A DNA stretch of 59,789 nucleotides, taken from Bacteroidota bacterium (GTDB lineage: Bacteria > CLD3 > SB21). The notes under the pieces are model-generated. The model saw only the letters and a list, made by a program, of their open reading frames with translations, was not told the origin of the DNA and made no database searches. Positions 26,853 through 34,300 of the stretch are shown piece after piece; the stretch's first letter is position 1, and each line of letters opens with the position of its first letter. The stretch spans positions 1-59,789 of the forward strand of contig JBBIJR010000010.1 of NCBI GenBank assembly GCA_037445875.1, in the 5' to 3' direction. The position numbers were made by a program, and so were the translations under genes.

Positions 26853-28016
26853 CTAATTCTTCAACCTGAAAGTAATTGGAACGGTGATGGACACCTTGAC
26901 TCCCTTGCCTTTCGCTTTGGCTGGCTGAAATCTGCATAGATACAAGACGTCTCTTCCCGCAGTCCCGAAACCATATCTCTCCGGCGATTCATCCAGCACG
27001 TCGACATCGAGAACTTCCCCACGTTCGCTGACGATCGCCTTGAGAATTACTTTGCCCTCGATGCCTTCTTGCCGTGCAGGTTCTGGATATTTGAGATGCC
27101 TCTTGATGAATGCATATCCTCCTATGAGCTGCGGAGGCTCATCATACGCTACGAACAGGCCCATGGGCTCATCACCAAGGCCAAGCGACTCCTTCCACAG
27201 CCGCTCGGCATTCCGATCGGGTTCTTTTTGAAATACGAGGCGCGCGAGCTCAAGCGACACGTTTTCGAAGTTCTTCTCTCCCTTCTGTATGTCTATAGAC
27301 CGGGCCGCTCGAAAAAGACTGTCTGCCTTACGAAAATCTCCTAGCTTGAAACAGGCGAACGCCTTGTTGTACCGGTGAACCGTCATGCTCGAATCCAATT
27401 CCAGCGCTCTATCAGCCGTAGCACTCATCTGGCCGTAGTCACCCATCGCCGCATAAGCCCAGGCGATGAAATCACGAGCGTCGGATCGTGTCGAGTCCTC
27501 CCGTATCATGCTTTCGTACAGAGCAAGAGCGGAATCGAATCGCCCGATATCCACAAACGCCTGGCCCAGCGATATGCGAACCGAGTCCGTCGCCCTGACG
27601 CGCTGAGCTGTCTGCAGGTAATTCACGGCCGGGGTACTCTTCGTACGACTGGCATAACCGCGTCCCAACAGCACAAAGGTCGAATACCAGGCCGAATCGA
27701 GAGGACCAACTTTGTCGGAGACCAATTCGAAAGTTCCCTCCAATAGGTCAATCGCCCTACCCCGCGAGGAGGTGGCCACAAGGGACTCACCCTTTATGTT
27801 GTTGGAAAGGATGAAACCTCTCCAGTGGCCGCACCGAAAATATTCGTTCCTCGCCTTCTCTGCCCAGGTGGTTGCGCCAGAGTAGTCTCGTTCAATTAGC
27901 CGCAACCTGGCCTTTTCCAGGAAGTCTCCCGCCTTGATGGAATCACATTGCGCATACACTTGACCTGCAAGCAGTATGAATAGCCATATTAGTCCGATTC
28001 GCCGGTTGGTGTTCAT
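26853..28016 (-). CDS. exported TPR-like protein with C-terminal TonB-C-like domain
   Basis: 387 aa. Signal peptide MNTNRRIGLIWLFILLAGQVYAQ and a helical-repeat body. The C-terminus reads ..DEPPQLIGGYAFIKRHLKYPEPARQEGIEGKVILKAIVSERGEVLDVDVLD..RFQPAKAKGKGVKVSITVPITFRL, typical of the TonB C-terminal fold. Confidence 0.7.
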   Translation of the reverse strand: MNTNRRIGLIWLFILLAGQVYAQCDSIKAGDFLEKARLRLIERDYSGATTWAEKARNEYFRCGHWRGFILSNNIKGESLVATSSRGRAIDLLEGTFELVSDKVGPLDSAWYSTFVLLGRGYASRTKSTPAVNYLQTAQRVRATDSVRISLGQAFVDIGRFDSALALYESMIREDSTRSDARDFIAWAYAAMGDYGQMSATADRALELDSSMTVHRYNKAFACFKLGDFRKADSLFRAARSIDIQKGEKNFENVSLELARLVFQKEPDRNAERLWKESLGLGDEPMGLFVAYDEPPQLIGGYAFIKRHLKYPEPARQEGIEGKVILKAIVSERGEVLDVDVLDESPERYGFGTAGRDVLYLCRFQPAKAKGKGVKVSITVPITFRLKN

Positions 28017-28044
28017 ATGGAAGATTCCTTGTTGCGCCGATAGC

Positions 28045-28872
28045 CTACCATCGAAGTTTCAGGCCGCCGCCGGTCGAGTGCGGGTCGAGAATCGGCGATA
28101 CATGCCAGCCGAGGGCCTTGTATTTTCTTGGATCGATACCGTCGTTGTAGATTCTTACTGCATTGCGCATATGTTTGTCGGCGGTACTGTAACAAACAGC
28201 CGCCGTGATGCCTGAAACAAGGGCAATACCCAGTCCAACCACGCCGACAGCGTTCAGTGTTTTTTTGTATTCGTTTGCCCCTGTCTCAAGGTTGTGGTAC
28301 CGCTCACTCTTGTCCTCGTCAGTTCCCCCTATTGCGAGCAGCAGACCGCCACCTATGAAAGTGACGACGGAAACCGCATAGGCGCTCCGCTTGGCCGAAA
28401 AATGCTCCAGTTCCCGCAGTGCTGCCGTATCTTGCTCCACATAGAGCTTCAGGTTGCTTCCTTGCGGCCCTATCGACTCATAGGTTCCGTCCCCAACCTT
28501 GAACTGAAAATCTGTACCGAACATCCCGTGCGATTCGGAGAATACGATCGGAGCATTCCGTTCTCTCTCGTACTCAAGGCTGCCTTTCTCATAGATGATT
28601 CCGCGAAGTTCAACCGGCACGGAGCGGCTTCGGAGTCTCTGGTACAAGTTACGATTATTCGTCACAACCTTTCTTATTGCAGCAAATCGGATAGTGCTAC
28701 CATCCGCTATCGTAGCGGTGCGTTTATCGAGCGTCTTGATCTCCGTCACGACACTGCTGTCTTCCAGGAAGACAATTCGACAATTCGGTCGACCTTCGAC
28801 ATCACGGGGCTGGGCAAAAGCCGAAGTTGCCAGAGTAAGACAGAACACGACGGCTGCAATCCACATAGGCAT
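28045..28872 (-). CDS. hypothetical signal-peptide protein with C-terminal membrane hairpin
   Basis: 275 aa. Signal peptide MPMWIAAVVFCLTLATSAFAQ. Two glycine-rich hydrophobic segments lie near the C-terminus (VVTFIGGGLLLAIGG; VGVVGLGIALVSGITAAV), followed by ..MRNAVRIYNDG. Confidence 0.5.
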   Translation of the reverse strand: MPMWIAAVVFCLTLATSAFAQPRDVEGRPNCRIVFLEDSSVVTEIKTLDKRTATIADGSTIRFAAIRKVVTNNRNLYQRLRSRSVPVELRGIIYEKGSLEYERERNAPIVFSESHGMFGTDFQFKVGDGTYESIGPQGSNLKLYVEQDTAALRELEHFSAKRSAYAVSVVTFIGGGLLLAIGGTDEDKSERYHNLETGANEYKKTLNAVGVVGLGIALVSGITAAVCYSTADKHMRNAVRIYNDGIDPRKYKALGWHVSPILDPHSTGGGLKLRW

Positions 28873-29401
28873 TCTCTCAAGTTGTGTTCAAGACCTGTAC
28901 ACCCCCGCCGCTCCGATGCCCCTCGCCTTGGGATAGATTGCGGGATACTAGTGAAACCGGGGGTGTTCTTTGTTGTCTTCCCTCACCGATACTGTTGCGG
29001 TTAGAACACCGTAAGCCACACCAGCACCATAGAAAACACCGAAGGTTGTCCAGACAGCCGTCACGATGGTGAATCTGCTTGCATTCGCGGACAAACACGG
29101 ACGAGATACTCGGACCACGACAAACACCCATGTTTATTGTTGGCTACGGAAACAAGGTAAGCTGGCCGGGGGATTCAGTCAATGATTTGTTATTGAAGTG
29201 GCTCCGAAAAATCAACCCCCCCGGAACAGGCTCCCTCGATGCTTCTGAGCCGCAGGCTCATCAGCCTTCGGCTTGAGACAAGCCCCTCTCGATACGCTCG
29301 CTTCGCCCGTTACTCGGGGAGCGGCCACACGCAGTGCGACAGACCCACCCGCTCCCCGAGTGGCCCGCTGCCAGGCGGGCCGTACCGAGGGGAGCGCACG
29401 C

Positions 29402-32400
29402 CTACGAGCAACCCATGCTGTTCCCGCAGTTCAGGCACTTGTAGCACGCGCCGTTGCGCACGGTCATGTGCCCGCACACGTCGCACGCCGGCGCGTCGCC
29501 CATCATGGACGTGAGCTGCTGCTCCATCTCGTTCACCGGCAGCACTTTCTCGGCCGGCGCCTCCTCCTTCGGCGGCACCTGCGCGGCCGGGACCTCGCCG
29601 TCCACCGTGGGCTGCACGTGCACGAAGTCCGTCCGCCCCAGATACTCCATGCCCAGCACCCGGAAAATGAAATCGAGGATCGACGTCGCATTCTTGATGT
29701 TGGGATGGTTCGTGAACCCGCTCGGCTCGAAACGGGTGAAGGTGAACTTCTCCACGAACTTCTCCAGCGGAACGCCGTACTGCAGCCCCATCGAGACCGC
29801 CACGGCGAAGCAGTTCAGCAGGCTCCGGTAGGCCGCGCCTTCCTTGAACATGTCGATGAAGACCTCGCCGAGCGACCCGTCCTCGTATTCGCCCGTGCGG
29901 AAGTAGATCTTGTGGCCTCCGACCAGCGCTTCCTGGGTGAACCCGCGCCGCTTGAGCGGCATGTGTTTCTTCTGGCCTCGTTTCAGCTGCAGGTTGGCCT
30001 TGGCCATCACTTCGCGGATCCGCTCGTCGAGCTCTTCCTGCGTGATCGTCGGCCGGCTCGTACCCGAAGCGCCGGACTTGCTGCTCAGCGGCTGGCTGAA
30101 CTTCGACCCGTCGCGGTACAGCGCGATCGCTTTGAGCCCCATCTTCCACGCTTCGAAATAGATCTTCTTGATGTCCTCCACCGTCGCCTCGGTGGGAATG
30201 TTCACCGTCTTGCTGATCGCGCCGGAGAGGAACGGCTGCACGGCGGCCATCATCTTGACGTGGCCCATCGGGTCGATAAACCGCTTGCCGATGCCGCACT
30301 TGTTCGCGCAGTCGAAGACGGCGAGGTGTTCCTCGCGCAGCAGGTGCGTGCCTTCGACGGTCTGCGCGCCGCCGATGAAGATCACCGCTCGGCTGATCTG
30401 TTCGCCGCTGAGGCCTTTGGCCTTGAGCGTCTTGATGTTGACGTGCGGCGTGTACTCATCCAGCGATTTGTTCTTGTTGACGTATGCCTCGGCCTCTTCG
30501 ATCTCGGCGTCCGTGAAGCCCATCTGGTGCAGCTGTTCGGGATTGACGTACGGCGCGCCTTTGAACGTGCCGTGCCCGAGGATGTACTTGATGATGCCGT
30601 CGATCTCGTCGTCCTTATAGCCGAGCCGCTTGAGACTGCGCGGGATCGAGTTGTTGACGATCTTGAAATAGCCGCCGCCGGCGAGTTTCTTCCACTTGAC
30701 CAGCGAGAATTCCGGCTCCACGCCCGTCGTGTCGCAGTCCATCAGGAGACCGATCGTGCCGGTCGGGGCCAGCACGGTGGCCTGAGCGTTGCGGTAACCG
30801 AAACTCTCGCCCATCGCCACGCACGCGTCCCAGTCCTCGCGCGCCGCCCGCAGCAGGTCCTCCGGACAATGCTCCGGGCTGATCTTGTAGGCCGCGTCGC
30901 GGTGCTTGTTCATCACCCGCATCATGGGCTTTTCGTTGGCCTTGTAGCCGGGGAACGCGCCCTTGACGGCGGCGACTTCGGCGGAACCGCGGTAGCCCCA
31001 GGCGTGCATGATCGACGTAATCGCGCCCGCCACGGCCCGTCCTTCCTCGGAGTCGTACGGAATGCCGTTGACCATGAGCAGCGTGCCTAAATTGGCGTAG
31101 CCCAGACCCAGCGGCCGGTAGTGGTGGCTGTTCTCGGCGATCTTCTGTGTCGGGTAGGACGACATGTCCACCAGGATCTCCTGCGCGATGATGAAAATAC
31201 GGCATGCCTCGCGGAACGCCTCGATGTCGAACTTGCCCTGCTCGTCGGCGAACTTCATCAGATTGATCGACGCGAGGTTGCACGCGGAGTCGTCGAGGAA
31301 CATATATTCCGAGCACGGGTTGGACGCGTGGATGCGGTCCGTGTTCGGGCAGGTGTGCCAGTCGTTGATCGTGTCGTCGAACTGGATGCCGGGGTCGGCG
31401 CACGCCCAGGCGGCGTAGGCGATCTGTTCGTACAGGTCGCGCGCCTTGTACGTGTCCACGACCTCGCCGGTCGTACGCGCCGTGGTCTGCCACAGGCCGT
31501 CCTCGAGTACGGCATTCATGAACTTATCGCCCACGCGCACGGAGTTGTTCGAGTTCTGGCCGGAGACGGTTTGGTAGGCTTCGCCGTTGAAGTCCGACTC
31601 GTATCCCGCGTCGATCAGGGCCTTGACCTTTCGCTCCTCCTTGACCTTCCAGTTGATGAAATCCGCGATCTCCGGGTGGTCCATGTCGAGACAGACCATC
31701 TTGGCCGCCCGGCGCGTGGTGCCGCCGGACTTGGTGGCGCCGGCGCCCCGGTCGAGCACGGAGAGGAACGACATCAGGCCGGACGACGTGCCGCCGCCGG
31801 AGAGTTTTTCCTGCTTGCCGCGCAGGGCGGAGAAATTGCTGCCCGTGCCGGAGCCGTACTTGAACAGACGGGCTTCGTTGCGTGCGAGCTCGAAGATGGC
31901 CATCAGGTCGTCCTGCACGGCCTGGATGAAACATGCCGAGCATTGCGGATGGGAATACGAATCGACGGTCTGTTCGATGTTGCCGGTTTTCGGGTTCCAG
32001 AAGAAGTTGCCGCCCGAACCGTTGATGCGGTATTCGTGCCAGAGCCCGCAGTTGAACCACACCGGCGAATTAAACGCGCCCATCTGATGAACGAGCAGGT
32101 GCGTGAGTTCCATCTCGAACACTTCCGCGGAGGCGGCGGTGTCGAAGTAGCCGAGGCTTTCGCCTTCGGTGCGGATGGTGTGGGCGACGCGGTACACGAG
32201 CTGTTTGACGCTTGTCTCTCGTCCGCTGCCCGGTACGCCCGCCTTGCGGAAGTACTTGGACGCCACAATGTCCGTCGCCAGTTGCGACCATGACGCGGGT
32301 ACTTCGATGTCCTTCATCTCGAACACCACCGAACCGTCCGGTTCCGTGATCACGCTGGTGCGCTTCTCGAATTCGGTCCTGTCGAAGGGATGTATCCCCT

Positions 32401-32536
32401 CCTCGGAAAAATACCGCCGAAACCGGAGGCCCCTCGCTCCTTCGTAATTGATGCCGTTGATCGCTTTGCGGTCGACTTTACGGGGAGACGATTTGCGGTT
32501 CTCCGCTACCTGCGCATCGGGGTTCTGAACAGCCAT
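29402..32536 (-). CDS. nrdJ: class II (adenosylcobalamin-dependent) ribonucleotide reductase
   Basis: 1044 aa. Motifs include ..IVASKYFRKAG..SVKQLVYRVA.., ..GAFNSPVWFNCGL.., ..SACFIQ.., ..NPCSEYMFLDDSACNLASINL.. and ..PTGTIGLLMDCDTTGVEPEF.. A C-terminal Cys cluster reads CDVCGHMTVRNGACYKCLNCGNSMGCS. Confidence 0.9.
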   Translation of the reverse strand: MAVQNPDAQVAENRKSSPRKVDRKAINGINYEGARGLRFRRYFSEEGIHPFDRTEFEKRTSVITEPDGSVVFEMKDIEVPASWSQLATDIVASKYFRKAGVPGSGRETSVKQLVYRVAHTIRTEGESLGYFDTAASAEVFEMELTHLLVHQMGAFNSPVWFNCGLWHEYRINGSGGNFFWNPKTGNIEQTVDSYSHPQCSACFIQAVQDDLMAIFELARNEARLFKYGSGTGSNFSALRGKQEKLSGGGTSSGLMSFLSVLDRGAGATKSGGTTRRAAKMVCLDMDHPEIADFINWKVKEERKVKALIDAGYESDFNGEAYQTVSGQNSNNSVRVGDKFMNAVLEDGLWQTTARTTGEVVDTYKARDLYEQIAYAAWACADPGIQFDDTINDWHTCPNTDRIHASNPCSEYMFLDDSACNLASINLMKFADEQGKFDIEAFREACRIFIIAQEILVDMSSYPTQKIAENSHHYRPLGLGYANLGTLLMVNGIPYDSEEGRAVAGAITSIMHAWGYRGSAEVAAVKGAFPGYKANEKPMMRVMNKHRDAAYKISPEHCPEDLLRAAREDWDACVAMGESFGYRNAQATVLAPTGTIGLLMDCDTTGVEPEFSLVKWKKLAGGGYFKIVNNSIPRSLKRLGYKDDEIDGIIKYILGHGTFKGAPYVNPEQLHQMGFTDAEIEEAEAYVNKNKSLDEYTPHVNIKTLKAKGLSGEQISRAVIFIGGAQTVEGTHLLREEHLAVFDCANKCGIGKRFIDPMGHVKMMAAVQPFLSGAISKTVNIPTEATVEDIKKIYFEAWKMGLKAIALYRDGSKFSQPLSSKSGASGTSRPTITQEELDERIREVMAKANLQLKRGQKKHMPLKRRGFTQEALVGGHKIYFRTGEYEDGSLGEVFIDMFKEGAAYRSLLNCFAVAVSMGLQYGVPLEKFVEKFTFTRFEPSGFTNHPNIKNATSILDFIFRVLGMEYLGRTDFVHVQPTVDGEVPAAQVPPKEEAPAEKVLPVNEMEQQLTSMMGDAPACDVCGHMTVRNGACYKCLNCGNSMGCS

Positions 32537-32825
32537 GGTGCTGGATCCTCGAGGTTTGGAAGTTTATGATGATATGAAAAAATCTCAAGCGTATCGTTCG
32601 TCATCTGTCCCGCCTGCCGCTCACAAGCGAAAAAGCCACGGCCTCTCAGCTTACTTTCTGAGAGTAAACTTCCGTCGCTGTTGTGTGTGTTACCTTCGCT
32701 CGGACAAGCTGCGATTCAAGCACCCTTGCTCTCTCGTGAGCTTGAATCGGATGAACCTCAACTTGGGGCAAAGTGATTATAAAGAACGGCCCAACGAAAG
32801 GCAAGTAGATTCTCAGGTTCGAATA

Positions 32826-32923
32826 TTTTCCACAATTTATGAACATACCAACATATTTAAAAACAATCATATATACTTTCATAATCCACTTATCCACACA
32901 AACGTCACGATTATTGAGGATAA
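32826..32923. promoter_or_regulatory. cluster of DnaA-box matches in the AT-rich nrdJ upstream region
   Basis: TTATCCACA is perfect at 32890-32898. TTTTCCACA at 32826-32834 fits TTWTNCACA. TTATGAACA at 32837-32845 has 1 mismatch. TGAGGATAA at 32915-32923 (reverse TTATCCTCA) has 1 mismatch. A/T-rich tracts lie between the boxes. Confidence 0.5.
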
Positions 32924-33071
32924 ACAAGTTGTCAACCGAAAAATTCCGACCCTGGGGACAGTCTGTGCGTAGTGTGGACAGTTTTTCCGCCCAGGTTCTC
33001 TGCAGATGGGCGCGCGGGAAGCGGGACCAGCAAGCGGGTCTGGTGGGAAACTTTGCGGATGCAACCGCAAG

Positions 33072-33300
33072 CTATTCGATCGTGATAATCTTGCCCTTTG
33101 ACCGGTTTCTCATGGTGGCGGGCAGTGCCCGTTCGATCGACTGCCGAAGGACATCGATGAGTTCGCGCTTGACGAAACGGCGATGCACGACAAGACTGAT
33201 CTCACGGACGAGAATAGGATCCGAAAAATGGCGAACTTGATGGATCTGCCGGTGTATCCAGCGTCTCCAGGGCTGATTCGGGAAGCAGGTCGGCCGCTCC
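33072..33300 (-). pseudogene. LysR-family (OxyR-like) C-terminal remnant, itself frame-shifted
   Basis: The last 57 aa of track ORF 33072..33413 read IHQVRHFSDPILVREISLVVHRRFVKRELIDVLRQSIERALP.., typical of a LysR substrate-domain C-terminus. A preceding piece ..GAADLLPESALETL.. is in another frame (track ORF 33202..33489). No HTH or N-terminal part is present. It begins right at the stop of the upstream gene. Confidence 0.5.
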
Positions 33301-33301
33301 G

Positions 33302-34276
33302 CTACTCGAAGTACTCGTAAGCGTCGATGATGTCGAGGTAGACCCCGTCGAAACCCGCATCCAGGATGCGTTTGAGATAGGATCCGTCGTTGCCGAAAAT
33401 AATGGCCCTCCACTCCGCATCCCAGTACCGAACCTTGTAGTTGCCGGGCCAGTTCGGGTTCTCACCGGCCAGCCAGGAGGGCGGGTCAACGGTCCACGAG
33501 TCCTGCCAGTAGTACCGATAATCCTCCGCTTCCCCGATGCTCATGTACGCAATAACGAAGCGGCTTCCCCCGCCCGACTTGGTTTTCAGTGAAGCCACGT
33601 CCGGCGCTGCGAGGACCGTGTCGTTGTAAAAAGCATCGACAATGAGCAGATCGTAGTCGGTTCCCCTCACGGCGTTGAGGTACGCCTCCCTGGAACCAAA
33701 TGCGTCCGGATTGATGAGATAGAGGAAGTTCCTCGCCGAATCGAGGCGCGCGACGTCGCCGCCGTGCACACCGAACGGTTGCGCGGGATAGGCGGGAACG
33801 TTGTCGAGTTCCCGATGGTCCGCGGCGAACGAAATGTAGCCTCGCTGCGAGCTTTGCACGTACGAATCGATCACGTAAACGGCCGTCGAACAGTAGTCCG
33901 TCACGAGTATCTGCACGCCGTTCGTTTCCGCCAGGTCCATGAAGGCCGCCATTCGGTCCCGTTCATCGGCCGGCGTGGGAACGTCGTCCGCATCGTACCC
34001 GTAGAAGAGGTCCTCCCGGCCCATGCCGTCGATCGCCGCAACGTACTCCCCCACGATCGTATCGGAGGGTTCGCCCGAATGGGTGAGCAGTTCGTGTCCG
34101 TTCTGTGGAATCACGAGGAAGCCGGGTTGGAGGGTCCTGGCGTACGCTCCAAGATCCTGAACAAGCCGGCGCATGTCGCCGCGGTAGTCACGGGAATCCG
34201 AGGCAGTCTGGCAGGCCGACCCATGAACGGCTGCAACCGCCATGGCCAGAAAGCGGCACGTTCGACGGATGTTCAC
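33302..34276 (-). CDS. GH114 / TM1410-family putative glycoside hydrolase (endo-alpha-1,4-polygalactosaminidase-like)
   Basis: 324 aa with a signal/lipoprotein-like N-terminus (..LAMAVAAVHGSAC). Motifs include ..FVIAYMSIGEAEDYRYYW.., ..NPNWPGNYKVRYWDAEW.. and ..GFDGVYLDIIDAYEYF. Confidence 0.65.
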   Translation of the reverse strand: MNIRRTCRFLAMAVAAVHGSACQTASDSRDYRGDMRRLVQDLGAYARTLQPGFLVIPQNGHELLTHSGEPSDTIVGEYVAAIDGMGREDLFYGYDADDVPTPADERDRMAAFMDLAETNGVQILVTDYCSTAVYVIDSYVQSSQRGYISFAADHRELDNVPAYPAQPFGVHGGDVARLDSARNFLYLINPDAFGSREAYLNAVRGTDYDLLIVDAFYNDTVLAAPDVASLKTKSGGGSRFVIAYMSIGEAEDYRYYWQDSWTVDPPSWLAGENPNWPGNYKVRYWDAEWRAIIFGNDGSYLKRILDAGFDGVYLDIIDAYEYFE

Positions 34277-34300
34277 GAGAGGCCTTTCTCCCCGACGCCG

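Noticed and set aside
28948-29127. A possible 59-aa single-TM ORF (GTG start; ..FTIVTAVWTTFGVFYGAGVAYGVLTATV..), overlapping track ORF 28877..29131 in another frame.
   Set aside because: It has no SD and no recognisable family, and two overlapping frames are equally open. The evidence is insufficient to call either one.
29241-29266. A hammerhead-ribozyme-like CUGAUGAG motif on the minus strand (GGCUGAUGAGCCUGCGGCUCAGAAGC).
   Set aside because: After the putative stem II (GCC-UGC-GGC), the required GAAA core is displaced by an extra UCA. No stem I, stem III or cleavage-site arrangement can be drawn. The sequence is better explained as a simple TGAGCC/GGCTCA hairpin.
32810-32830. A tRNA T-loop-like GGTTCGAAT, considered as a possible tRNA fragment or att site.
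   Set aside because: The flanking bases do not form a T-stem (TCAGG / ATTTT are not complementary). No acceptor, D or anticodon arms can be built upstream.
32537-33071. A cobalamin riboswitch or NrdR boxes in the nrdJ leader.
   Set aside because: I found no B12-box-like GCCACTG core on the minus strand and no convincing 16-bp acaCwAtATaTwGtgt-type palindrome. An Rfam or PWM scan is needed before claiming either one.
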